This document shows positions 42,568 through 55,480 of a stretch of 64,000 nucleotides of DNA, in pieces. The stretch is from Octopus vulgaris (taxonomy: Eukaryota). The translations under genes were made by a program, and so were the position numbers. The notes beneath the pieces were generated by a model. That model did not search any database. It saw only the letters and a list, made by a program, of their open reading frames with translations, and had not been told where the DNA came from. Where the stretch lies: assembly GCA_951406725.2 (NCBI GenBank), contig OX597822.1, positions 111,538,001 through 111,602,000 of the forward strand, in the 5' to 3' direction. Position 1 is the stretch's first letter. Every line of letters begins with the position of its first letter.

Positions 42568-42763
42568 TATATTTTTTGCTTAAGGTATTTTCAATGATTT
42601 AGGCTATAAAAATATAATAATGGGATAAGCATGGCATACCCAAGGTACACTGGATTCCAGTAGTTAGTAGAGCAATTAGAGTAAGTGTTATACGTGGCCC
42701 TGCTCTAAAGTAAGTCGAACAATGTTTGACAGAATAACTGTTCACAATATATACATAAAATTA

Positions 42764-42997
42764 CGTATTTCTTTACTACCCACAAGGGGCTAAACATAGG
42801 GGGGACAAACAAGGACAGACAAAGGGATTAAGTCGATTACATTGACCCCAGTGTGAAACTGGTACTTTATTTATCGACCCCGAAAGGATGAAAGGCAAAG
42901 TCGACCTCGGCGGAATTTGAACTCAGAACGTAACGACAGACGAAATACTGCTAAGCATTTCGCCCGGCGCGCTAACGTTTCTGCCAGCTCGCCGCCC
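42764..42997 (-). mobile_element. SINE family B with TSD
   Basis: tatacataaaatta at 42750-42763 and 42998-43011. Confidence 0.9.
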
Positions 42998-43419
42998 TAT
43001 ACATAAAATTATGACATACGTATGTACACGCGCATGCGCATTTATCACCCTGGGCGTATATATATACAAATGGTAATTTCTGTCTGTCTGTTACCATCTT
43101 GCTGCCCAAACCAGGGAACCAATCTTCACCCAACTTTGTGTATATAGTGAACTAATATCCAGTTCAATTATAGACTAACTGGATATCAATAAATGTTGAT
43201 AATGGATCGACGACGGGAGTGGGGGGGGTATTACATAATGAAATGAGAGGGGCGCAAAAATGTTAGGTTCAGGAAAAATGTGGCATAATGAAGGTAACTG
43301 ATATCGGACTGGGAGGGGACTGGAAGAGATAGAATCACGGGGAATGCGAGACAGATAGAACGACAGACAAGGATACTTCCATGTGTATAAAAGAGAATTT
43401 GTATGTGTGTTTTTGAGTC

Positions 43420-43450
<31 letters not shown>

Positions 43451-43474
43451 ATGTGTGCGCACGCGTATCTTCCT

Positions 43475-44435
43475 AATGCATTCGAAAACTAAGTTGCCGA
43501 TTTTGACAAATGGGGTATCCAAGGATTCAGTCATCTTACCACTATCAAATAAACTTTATTTTCATTTACTTAATTGCATTACAAATATTTTACATTATAA
43601 TCCTTTCTGTAAATCAACTATCCTAAATATTATATACCACGACGGCATCAACGACGACGTCACATTTTCCATATGATTGTGTTCCTTAAAAGACATCTCA
43701 TTTCTCTATACGTTATAACGAAATACAGTCACTCATACTCTCATCACATGCACACGCACAAGCACATATATATACAAAAAAGATGTATGCATATGCATTT
43801 ATGTATGAGTATATGAAAAAATGTGCGTGAGAGAGAGAGAGAAGGAGAGAAACCGTGTGACTGCCACTTACACATACATGACAACACAAACCTTCACTCA
43901 TTCACTCTTTTTCGCCATCTCTCTCAGGCAAACGCACACACACGTGCGTGCATGCGGATTTAACAAATGCATTCGAAAACTGAGTTGCTGATTTTGATAT
44001 GAGATATCAAATGATTCAACAATCTTTCGGCTAACAAATATACTTTATATTCCTTTACATATTGGCATTACAAATGATTAACATATTCTTTCTAAAATTC
44101 AGCTATCCTAAACGACATTTTATATCACGACGACGGTGACATCATTTTTTTCTATATCAGTATCTTAAAAGACATCCATTTTTCTATATGTTATCAGGAA
44201 ATACAGTCTTTCACTTTCTCTCCGACATTCGCACGCACACATACATTTAAAAAAGCGGTATACATATCTATATATGTACGTGTATATGAAAGATGCGTGT
44301 GTGTGAGAAGGAGAGAGAGAGAGATCAAGGGAGTGCCACTTACGCATACCTGCATAAAAAGAATACATGACAACAAACCCCTTCACTCACTCACTCACTC
44401 ACTCACTCACTCTCTGTCTCTCTCTCTCTCTCTCA
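43475..44435. repeat. Diverged tandem duplication, unit about 490 bp
   Basis: aatgcattcgaaaact.., cttaaaagacatc.., gaaatacagtc.., tacatgacaaca..ccttcactca recur in the same order from 43475 and from 43966. Confidence 0.85.
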
Positions 44436-46081
44436 TACACGTACATGCATCTTTCACTTTCTGCTCTCTTTCAATTTATGCTCACATAAATGCTGAAAGA
44501 AACTTAAAAAATACGGAAATTAAGAAAACAACCATATGGTCCTACAAGATTGACCATATGATCGAGTTGATACCAGAAAACGAAAGGATACCAGAAAATA
44601 ACTTCCACTGATACACATACACGCGCGCGCACACACACACACATACACACACACACACACGCTCTCGCGTGCATTCACACTCACACTACATACTCTCACT
44701 CTTTTTCTCTCTCTCACGCTAAACGTTCTGTATGCATTATACTATTTCATGCTATGTGCACGCGCAAAATTACAACTCAAGTCCAATTGAAATCCCCTTT
44801 CTATCTTCTGTAATTCCCGTTTCTGATGAGTCTATTTAAAAAGATGATTTTCGATATAAAGTTAAAAGAAAGTTCTCTTAGAAATCCTGTCCTTTACCCG
44901 TTGCTTCTATCGTGTCTGAGGTGAAATTTGCGTCCCCCACCTGATTGTTTTCCTAAATTTCTTTCAATTCCTCTGTTTTCAATAGAAGAGATTAGGATTT
45001 TGCCCCCCACCCACCCACCCTTTTCAATATTTTAATTTTCTCCTCCCACCCAATTTCTTCATGCTTTATGTTTTTCGAATATTTTCTTGGTAATCCACGG
45101 AGAATAAAAAACAGAGAATACGTATCTTTAAGAAGTCTCTTCTTTCTTTTTTCTTAAAGAAACACTAAAATATCCTTCTTAAACATCCACGCATCAACTC
45201 ATTACTTTCAGAAAGTTTCAAACTCCCCAAGTTACACTTTAGCTTTTTGCAAAGCGGGGAAGTTTCTTCACAAATAATGTCGTATACCTGTTGTTTCTAG
45301 CATGTCGGGATTTCTGGCGGTGCTCTGATATTTAAGTCTGCTATTTCAGTACAATTCTAAGCATGCGTGAATCATCATGCGAAAGTGAAGCATTGGGTGT
45401 TTGTAGCTTTTTGAAAGCTACAAAGTAGGTGATAGGTGAGCGAGGTGGGGAAAGGGATATTCAGTGTTTCTTGAAGAAAAATTAAACTTTGAAAATAAAT
45501 ACATTTCCCAGATTCGTAATCTCTGTATTTTTCTATATGGACAGAAAAAAACAATTCGTAAAAAAGTTACAAAGAAATTGCGGTGGTGATGAGGGGAAAC
45601 TAAAATTTTCCAAACGATATTTCTGGGTGAAATCGAATCAACTTCCACTTATACGATGAAACAGTGCATAGTTTGTGATCTTTTTTTAGAACAGAAAGCG
45701 CTTTCATGCAAGTCAGTGCAAATTTTAGCCTCCCACTTCACTTTTAAACAAGCAATGACGTCCATTACGCCAGTAATCTAGTTCGCTATATATCGGCTGT
45801 GCTGATTCTGCCCATAAGAAAGCTACAATAATACAATATGGCTGTAGGTCATAACATCCGAGCAACACCATTGCTAGTGTGTATGTATGTGTATTCTTTC
45901 ATTCTTTTATTTGTTTCAGTCATTTGACTGCGGCCATGCTGGAGCACTGCCTTTAGTCGAACAAATCGACCCCAGGACTTATTCTTTGTAAGCCTATTTG
46001 TCTCTTTTGCTGAGAACACCTCAACATCGATTGTCAAATGATGGTGTGGGGACAAACACCTCCGTGTTTCTTTTCTGTGTA

Positions 46082-46119
46082 TCTTTCTGTTGAAGAGCGT
46101 AGGCTCGAAACGTAAAAGA
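46082..46119 (+). ncRNA. Minimal hammerhead motif, variant core
   Basis: TCTTT-CTGTTGA-a-GAGC(gtag)GCTC-GAAAC-GTA-AAAGA; core differs from CUGANGA at one position. Confidence 0.6.
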
Positions 46120-46209
46120 CGTGTTTTATTTATATTCCTGAGCGCCATACTAATACAATTGTTTGTTTGTATTCCACCTGCCTTCGTCTTTTGTTTATTT
46201 TCATATATA

Positions 46210-46250
<41 letters not shown>

Positions 46251-46494
46251 CTTTAATAAAAGTACGGGATGTTGTCAGCGAACAGGTCGCGGTCTCAAAG
46301 CGAAGAAAATATTTTGACAAATTAAATTTAATTGCTGAAATGTATCTAACAGTTTTGTGTGTTTCTTAAATGGCTTATAAACGCCTTCCACGCTGCAATT
46401 GTTTTCGTTCCAGCACACGATCTCAGATCAGGTCACTTGTTATGCAAGTACATCTCCGTAATAATGTATTATTACTATTATTAGAAATAACTAT

Positions 46495-47147
46495 AATAAT
46501 AAAGTGGCCAGCAAGTTTAACCTATATAGGTAAAATATACAAATAAATAAATGAGGCAACCGGAATACTACTTACTAGAAATAGAAGTTAACATTCCAAA
46601 TCCACAAATTTTTCACTATTAAGAAACACACTCGGTGAAGGTAACGAAGAATAATAAAAATAGGCCTTACCTTGTATAAATCACAGAGCAAGTACAAATA
46701 TACTGGTATTAATTGATTCCACCTTTTGTTAATTAGTGCTGAAGAATTATCAGCCAAGCTTACTGATTCATTTACTTTTCAAAATATTCATTCCTTTGCA
46801 CCGTGCGCGTCTGTTCATTTGAATGCCCTCATGAGATTAAAAAAACAACGAACATAAAGTGAGTCAGTATGATATAAAATTTAATAAAAATAACAATAAT
46901 AATAAAGTGGTCGGCAACTTTAACCTATATAGGTAAAATATACAAATAAGCAAATTAGGGACCGGAATACCACTTGCTAGAAATAGAAGTTAACACTCCA
47001 AATCCACAAATTTCTCACTATTAAGAAATGCACGGTGAATGTAACGAATATTATATAAATAGTAAAAAAATTGTAAATTTGGCGTGTTAACTACTATTTC
47101 TAGCAAGTGGTATTCTGGTACTCTGATTTATTTATCTGTATTTATAT
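46495..47147. repeat. Direct repeat of about 170 bp followed by a partial inverted copy
   Basis: 46495-46663 and 46898-47062 direct; 47070-47147 inverted. Confidence 0.8.
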
Positions 47148-47514
47148 GCGTATGTGTGTGTATGTGTGTGTGCGCGCCCATGTGCACGTGTATATACATG
47201 TGTGTCTTTATGCTTGTGTTTGTCCACAACCGCTTGGCAGCCGGTGCTGCTTTGTTTACGTCCCCGTTGCTCCGCAAAGAGATATCAGTAAAATAAGTAT
47301 CAAGCTTAAAAAATGTTAGTACTATAGTTGCCCCATACTGGCCGGAGTCCAATGACTATGCGTATCTGAAAATATCCTTTCAGTCTTGCATAGTTTTACA
47401 ATGATGCACTAATGCTATCAGAGTAGATAATATAAGTACGTCAATAATTGATTTTCGAATTGTAATCAGTTCTTAAATAGGTAACGCCGTTGTATTTTAA
47501 CAATACCATGAGTT

Positions 47515-47545
47515 AACTAATATTCTTTTCTTTATTCTTTTGCAG
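47515..47545 (+). promoter_or_regulatory. 3' splice acceptor of the receptor coding exon
   Basis: Branch-like ACTAAT, pyrimidine tract ttcttttctttattctttt and GCAG ending at 47545, 214 nt before the ATG. Confidence 0.7.
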
Positions 47546-47759
47546 GTAATTCTACAGTGACGCCTTAATTAGAACATATCCACATTATTTCGTAATATCC
47601 ATTAGATTGAGCGGACGTGACAAAGGATTTCTTTTAATGAACATCGAATGAGTTTTTTGGAATCTGAATGGAAGGAATATCACTTCTGAAGAATTGTTTC
47701 CGGAAATTTAAAACGATATTAGATACTCTGCTATGTATATGAACATACCATGAATAAAG

Positions 47760-49196
47760 ATGGAGAATGTTACTGACTATTTCGAAATTTTGGGTAATGT
47801 TACAACGGAGAATGGCATATCGACCGGTTACATTTCAATCAGTGTTGATCCTCTATTTACTCCCAGTGAGGAGATCTATTCACTTCCTATCAAAATTATC
47901 ATCTGTGTTGTTCTTTCAATTATAATCATGGTTACAATTGCTGGGAATGTGTTTGTCATTGCCGCAATCCTTTTGGAAAAGAGCCTACGTGGTGTTTCTA
48001 ATTATCTGATAATGTCTCTCGCTGTGACGGACTTGATGGTAGCTATATTGGTCATGCCCATAAGTGTTGTCCACGAAGTAACTCCGGATTGGAACTTTGG
48101 AGGTGCAATCTGCGACATGTGGATTAGTTTCGATGTTCTATGTTGCACTGCTTCTATTTTGCACTTAGTTGCAATAGCATTTGATCGTTACTGGGCTGTA
48201 TCAAATATCGATTATATCAGACGGAGATGTGCCAAACTAATAGGCTTTATGGTTGTTGCTGTATGGGTGGTTGCCGTTTCAATATCGATACCTCCATTAT
48301 TTGGCTGGAAAGATGACAACGATCCTAATATCACCAAACGTTGCTTGATCAGTCAAGACCTAGGTTACACAATATTCTCAACGTTGGGCGCATTTTATTT
48401 TCCTTTGATATTAATGCTAGTTCTAAATATCAAAATATATGTCGCTGCCCGAACACGGATTCGAAAGAAAGGTTTTTATGGCTACCGACGACCTGTACCT
48501 GTTTCAGCGATTACAGTTACAATGACAGAGGGTCAAAATCTCTCACCAAATTCCTCTGGAAGTGACATTAGTCATGAACGATATAGTGCCTACAATGGAT
48601 CTTGTATGAACATGAATGAACTAACACGGGTGAATAGCGTTATGGAATTGACTGATGAACGGGAATCTGCAATACAAACAAGCCCGACAACAGCCACAAC
48701 TATAGCCACACCCGCATCGTCCACGTTGACACTAAGTGCTCCAACTGGACGAACGAAATTAGCTGAAACATCAGTAAATCAATTGTCAGTTCCGTCGGGA
48801 CCAAAAGGCAGTAGTGGATGTAGGAATTTAATTTCTTCAAAGAATCAAAGACAGTCAGCTAATGGTCACGTTAAAAGATTACGTCAACGTGAACGAGAAC
48901 GGGTAAAGAAAGAAAAAATTGAAATGAAGCGAGAACGGAAGGCTGCCAGAGTGATTGCTATTATAACTGGTGGCTTTATGGCGTGCTGGTTGCCCTTCTT
49001 CATGGTTGCCTTGATCGGACCGTTTTGTAAAGAATATTGTTATTTCCCCCCTGTTCTGATGAGTCTCTTTTTGTGGCTTGGTTACTTAAACAGCCTTTTG
49101 AATCCAATAATATATACCATATTTAATCCAAGCTTCCGGACTGCCTTTAAAAAACTAATATACGGAAAATATAGAATGAGATCACAGTGTCGATAA
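47760..49196 (+). CDS. Serotonin receptor, 5-HT1-like class A GPCR (478 aa, intronless CDS)
   Basis: Seven hydrophobic segments with aminergic motifs: GNVFV (TM1), SLAVTDL..VMP (TM2), CDMWISFDVLCCTASILHLVAIAFDRYWAV (TM3 Asp and DRY), ISIPPLFGW, CLISQDLGYTIFSTLGAFYFP, long IL3, RERKAARVIAII..CWLPFF, WLGYLNSLLNPIIY. N-terminal NVT sequons. In-frame TGA 9 nt upstream of the ATG. Subtype assigned from recalled similarity to molluscan and insect 5-HT1 receptors. Confidence 0.93.
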   Translation: MENVTDYFEILGNVTTENGISTGYISISVDPLFTPSEEIYSLPIKIIICVVLSIIIMVTIAGNVFVIAAILLEKSLRGVSNYLIMSLAVTDLMVAILVMPISVVHEVTPDWNFGGAICDMWISFDVLCCTASILHLVAIAFDRYWAVSNIDYIRRRCAKLIGFMVVAVWVVAVSISIPPLFGWKDDNDPNITKRCLISQDLGYTIFSTLGAFYFPLILMLVLNIKIYVAARTRIRKKGFYGYRRPVPVSAITVTMTEGQNLSPNSSGSDISHERYSAYNGSCMNMNELTRVNSVMELTDERESAIQTSPTTATTIATPASSTLTLSAPTGRTKLAETSVNQLSVPSGPKGSSGCRNLISSKNQRQSANGHVKRLRQRERERVKKEKIEMKRERKAARVIAIITGGFMACWLPFFMVALIGPFCKEYCYFPPVLMSLFLWLGYLNSLLNPIIYTIFNPSFRTAFKKLIYGKYRMRSQCR

Positions 49197-49382
49197 TGAA
49201 AATGAAATTGTTTAAAAGTAGGTCGAAGTGCTATTTCTGAATGTCAATATGCATTTATATATTGGGATTTCTCGAAATGTCTTACTTTCTCTAATATATT
49301 AATGACTGCAAGAAAATATTTGCGAAATACATATTCAAAAGGTACACAAGAGTTTCGAAGATATCCTTCAACGGTTTCATAC

Positions 49383-49458
<76 letters not shown>

Positions 49459-49482
49459 GCATATACATACGTATATGTATAA

Positions 49483-49552
<70 letters not shown>

Positions 49553-49557
49553 ATATG

Positions 49558-49589
<32 letters not shown>

Positions 49590-49664
49590 ATATATATATA
49601 CACATTTGAATATTTGTATTTAAATAATGGTGTGTACATTATGTATATATGTATATACAGGACA

Positions 49665-49710
<46 letters not shown>

Positions 49711-49777
49711 TATATATAAAGTTATATATGCATTAATATATAATATATATGTACATTTATATGTATATATATACATA

Positions 49778-49819
<42 letters not shown>

Positions 49820-51711
49820 CATATGCATCTATATAATACATGCATACATACACAAACATATATCATGTATATTTTTATTATTATTTGTTATTCCAGACAA
49901 AGAAGTACGGCAGTCTATGGTTCTACAGCTGTCTCCTTGTGATTCAAATAACTTATCCTCTGGGATATTATTCAATTCAAATGTTATTTTTATTGTTACA
50001 TCGGCTAGAGATGCATTCATATGTTGGCCATATTTCATCGTGTTTTATCAATACTAGGAACTGTGATGATTCAAAGGAAAGTCCTTCGCTGAATATATTT
50101 CATTTTTTCTCTTATAATTCAAACAGTTATGCATTTTATTCATGATGATGATGGCGATGGAGACGATGATAATGGTGATAATAATAATAATAATAATGAT
50201 AATAATAGGAATGTTAAAATAATTATATTATCGTTACTTTGTGTTGTTGGTGATGGCCACGACAGTATTGCCCGGACTAGACGCTTTGAAATATCTAGTT
50301 CTGGCCTTACTATTCTGACAAGAAATCCCGCCTCGGACAAGATTGCCTTTCTCCTTCATGACTAAGATGATAATTTTAAGTACGGATACTACACTGGGGA
50401 TTATTTCAATTGACTTTATCCCTTTACCATATCTAAAAGATTGGCCTTTAGCCTCAGAGATATATACAAGAAGAAATCAATGATAATAATAATTGCTCTT
50501 TATAAATATTATCGTTATTATGTATTTTCTTATTTCATTACTGATTGTCTCCCTTTGTAATACGCCAATGTTATATAAAAAAAAATGTAATAAGGAGATT
50601 TCAATACATCCCACCTGCATATATTTTAACGAAATAAAAAAAGAAAATGTAAATTGAATTAATTTTATATTATCGCTTTCTACATATGACTGGAAAATTT
50701 GATTGAAGTTTCGAAGTATGTAAGTAACCCACCGATGTCGAAATTGAAAAATTACACATAGTTATAAAATACCAATGAGTAAGATTATTATATTTTCTCA
50801 TGCATGATCCCACACCCTACATTGTCCGGCTCTATGGTATAAGTATATTTTTTCTCTATGAGAAGGCTCTGGTAAATGATTTCTCTTTTCAGCAGGAGAT
50901 GATCCGTTCGAAATGAAGACCAAGAAACACAGCTCTCTTCAGGTTTCAACAATTAGAAGAGGTAATGCAAAAAAGGGACGCAACATACCAAATATAGTTG
51001 TTTACTTTAATGGGTATATTATTTCTATATCGAAATTCTTATGGAAATATAATCATGATTGCATAAAAGTTTTAAGGGCAAAACAAGTCTCTTAACGCTA
51101 TTAAAAATAAGAGCTTATTAAAAATGTTTAATATTAACACAAATTAATGTCGTTATATTTTCAATGTAATCCATCGATACCGATTCTTACATTATGTGCG
51201 AATATATCCTATTCTTCTACGGTTTATCGTCCATATTTTATAGTTATTTCTACATTGTGTTCTTTCTTCATTTACCAGTTGCCACCTCCAAACATTTTCA
51301 TCGTTTCATCGCAGTCAGATTCTATCCATGCCCTACCTTACGCACTCTATTTTCTCTCTCTCTTTTCCTAATGAATTCATCAAATGTTAATATCGCCGCG
51401 TTTTATTTCTATACAACTTCAATATTTTCCTAACACATTCTTCTCTATATTCCATTTTTAATAAATAATAGTTAGCTTTCTTTCTCGTGGTTATCTCTTT
51501 ACTTTTGCTAACCGACGGTAATCACTCTGTTAAATGAGAGGTTTTTTTTCAATAAGGAGGTAAATTTAATTAATTACAATTTGTTGGTTCTTGCCATTAA
51601 AATGTTTTCAAAAATATTGTCGTATTAATTGAGGGAATCCCCTTGTCCAGGTCAGGCGTTTCTATACACGATGATCCTCTGCATCTTCACCATTTATTTC
51701 TAATAATTTCC

Positions 51712-51743
<32 letters not shown>

Positions 51744-52051
51744 GAATGTGAATGTAAACACGTACGCGTGCGCCCACACATACGTGTTCCTCTATTTAAC
51801 ATAACTTATTGTCATTATTTCGGAAAAGCGCTAAATATACAGGGACCAGCTGAAAGGTAATTGTTGATACGAAGGTGCTTGTGCCATGTGTTCTACGTTT
51901 CTCGATTCATTATGGTAAACCTGGCACTAAAAAATCATAGGCAATTCTGAATGCATATGTTGAATCATATATCGGGGATAAACAATGTATTTGTGTATAT
52001 GTATATATATGTATATATATGTATATATATGTATATATATACATATATATA

Positions 52052-52093
<42 letters not shown>

Positions 52094-52108
52094 ATATATA
52101 TGTATGTA

Positions 52109-52191
<83 letters not shown>

Positions 52192-52242
52192 ATGTATATA
52201 TATATATGTATATATATATATGTATATATATGTATATATATG

Positions 52243-52328
<86 letters not shown>

Positions 52329-53253
52329 CACATAACTATACACTTATGCATGCAACACATAATATACAGCATACACATTCACACACACGCACAAATATAT
52401 ACATACATACACACACATATATATGTAAACTTTATAAATTATTCTAAGTATGCAGCTTATATTGTCAGTCAGATGCAAAAAACAAAGGGGGAGTAAAAAA
52501 TAAAATTAAGATAAATGAGCAAAATGAAAATGATAATATAAAAAACAAAAGAAAATAGTCATGGATGAAAACGTATAAGCGACGAATATACGAATGGGAA
52601 AAGAAATAGAAATGAATTAATTCAGAGAAAGATAGAGAAATGGAGTCGTGTATTTTATCTCCTGTGTATAGTGGTTGTCATAACAGGATTTATCTCAATC
52701 TGTCATTTGCTTAATTGAGTTATCTTCTCATACTTCATTTTCTTTTTTATTGACTGAAGACGCTTTGGAATGTGACACAGTATAGATATAGAAACTGGAA
52801 GCTGGAATGGAGGCGTGAATGATCCAGTGTTGTAACGGAAGAGGACTTCCATGCTTCAAAGGAATCTGTTGCTTTTATATCCATTGCCCTGTTATTTCCT
52901 TTATTATTTTCGTAGGTCATTCAACTACAAATATTCTACCGAAAGGGTTTGGAACGTTTAGTTTTACACAATGATCCCAGTAATTTCATGACACGAATTT
53001 ATTCACCATCTTACGGGATATAATGAGTTACATACATACACTGGGCTGGAGTGTAGAACTTACATTCACACACAAACACACACACACACACACACATTCA
53101 TACACATACACACACACGTTCACACACATGCAACACCAACAAACTAGACGAGCAGACCCACACATATGTTTACATGTCTATGTTTGGATGTGTATATGTA
53201 TTTACACACGTATAAGTTTAGAAGTTTATTTGCACATAGACAAGCGATAGACA

Positions 53254-53307
<54 letters not shown>

Positions 53308-53380
53308 CGTGTGCATTCGTGAGTGTGTATGACTTTGTGCATGTATCTGCGCTTGTCAATGTATATCTGTATATATCTTA

Positions 53381-53610
53381 GCGGCGAGCTGGCAGAAACG
53401 TTAGCGCGCCGGACGAAATGCGTAGCCGTATTTCGTCTGCCGTTACGTTCTGAGTTCAAATTCTGCCAAGGTCGACTTTGCCTTTCATCCTTTCGGGGTC
53501 GATTAAATAAGTACCAGTTACGCACTGGGGTCGATATAATCGACTTAATCCGTTTGTCTCTCCTTGTTTCTCCTCTCTGTGTTTAGCCCCTTGTGCGTAG
53601 TAAAGAAATA
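53381..53610 (+). mobile_element. SINE family B with TSD
   Basis: tgtatatatctta on both flanks. Confidence 0.9.
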
Positions 53611-53900
53611 TGTATATATCTTAGCGGCTGAAAATCGGTGTGACACAAAAGTTCAAAATTCAAGGTTCATATATGAAACCTATTTAGAGGACCACGAAGC
53701 ATATTTATGCCAATAAATCAAAATTTCAGCTGTGGAATACTTGACCACTTTCAGAGTGGAATACTTCACCACTTGCCCGCTAATTCATCGCGTAATAACC
53801 TATAATAACCAACTGAAGACTCATCTGTGACAAGACAAACACCCACATATATACGCAGTTGCATCTCCGCGTATGTACGTACATATGTGTACATATATAT

Positions 53901-54130
53901 ATTTCTTTATTACCCACAAGGAGCTAAACATAGAGGGGACAAACAAGGACAGACAAACGGGTTAAGTCGATTCTATCGATCCCAGTGCGTAACTGGTCCT
54001 TAATTTATCGACCCCGAAAGGATGAAAAGCAAAGTCGACCTTGGCGGAATTTGAACTCAGAACGTAACGGTAGACGAAATACCGCTTAGCATTTCGCCCA
54101 GCGTGCTAACGTTTCTGCCAGTTCGCCGCC
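53901..54130 (-). mobile_element. SINE family B with TSD
   Basis: atatgtgtacatatata on both flanks. Confidence 0.9.
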
Positions 54131-54642
54131 ATATGTGTACATATATACAAACATTCATATATGCATGCATAGCTCCCACGAGTAAGCATGTATGTATGTG
54201 TATGTATGTGTGTGTATGTGTGTGTATGAATGTATGTAAGTATTAATTTGTATATGAAGATGGGGCAGAAAGAAATACTTCTTTAGCCTTATTTGGTATG
54301 TTTGGCAAAAATAATATTTCTCCTCTCTGATAACATAATTCCAGTCTATATGGGAAGTTGTTTATGAAATAGGCATAAAATTCTTCCAGTTTCGAAGTAA
54401 ATAAGATTTCAGTATCATTTTTAACATATTTTAAATTTAATAAATTGATTTCTCGCGAAATAATATTGCAATGTAAAGTATAGAAGCCATCTTATCATGG
54501 CTAACCACATAGGGGAGGGGGTGTTACTGTAGCTTTATAGCCCCAAGAGATCGTCGTCTCTAGCTGGCTTTAGACACCATATCAGTGCCCTTGAAGTATT
54601 TGCAAAGGTAGGCCATCCCTTCCTCGCAAGCCTGAGTGATAC

Positions 54643-54683
54643 GCTCGGACTAGTTTCGGGATTTTTGTCCCTTGTCAACGAGC
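54643..54683 (-). ncRNA. Decayed minimal hammerhead motif
   Basis: Minus strand GCTCG-TTGACAA-GGGA(caaaaa)TCCC-GAAAC-TA-GTC-CGAGC. Stems are perfect; the core has two transitions from CTGACGA. Confidence 0.65.
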
Positions 54684-54734
54684 GGTAACCACCAGGATGC
54701 GACGAAAGTGAAGCCTTCCTTGCAAATATATAAG

Positions 54735-55480
54735 AGTTTTTCTTGTGATCTAAAAGTTTTTCAATGATCTAAAACAATCGTTGTCAGATGGAACAAGATC
54801 AGGAAGTAAGTACGATGAGGCAAAACTTCCATATTATTTTATTCCAGAGTGACTTACATTATCATGTAAAACTTACATAGCTTTACTACTGACCAATGAT
54901 GGGCGTTTTTCCAAGAATTTAATGCAATTTTTCCAATTAACAACAAAACTTCTGCGCATTATGTTTCGCTTTAATTAATCACTTCATGATAGACGGCAAC
55001 CTTCATACCCCACCAGACACAGAATACAATATTTGTCGAGTGTAGCCATCGTTTAGAGATGGACTCTCCATTGTCATTGGGTGCGATTGTCGTTTTAGTT
55101 GTATATGAGTGTCGAGATCCAACTTTTCAGTACTTGTGATGAATCTACCCAGATTTCATAATTCCATGCCAAGCAGATGGTAACTCTTCAATTAAACTGA
55201 GAAGTAGCTTAGACACATTACCTACATCAACAATACGTTTTATGATCGAAGCTTGACTTGAATGGAACTGTTTTACTTGTCTGCCTGAAATTTGCTTTGA
55301 CTTTTCATCAACTGCGTCTTTCATAAGCATAACATTGATAGAAATTGATCGCCCAAATCGAGCGGAAACTGCAAGAAGAGACAATCTCGCTCAAAACCGG
55401 TAGAACAATCGTTTGCAAGTCCAGAAATGACAGCTTAATTTCGATAGAGAGAGAGAGATGGAATATTTCTTGCCACCTCC
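54735..55480 (-). mobile_element. Decayed mariner transposase relic
   Basis: Minus-strand EVLPH..PDLVPSD (YSPDLAPSD-like, frameshifted) and FCVWWGMK motifs. Confidence 0.65.

Noticed and set aside
44819-44870. gtttCTGATGAgtct..agat as hammerhead
   Set aside because: No GAAA after the putative stem II and no matching stem I strand.
48341-48565. Overlapping alternative-frame ORF in the receptor
   Set aside because: Short, non-ATG start, no recognisable features.
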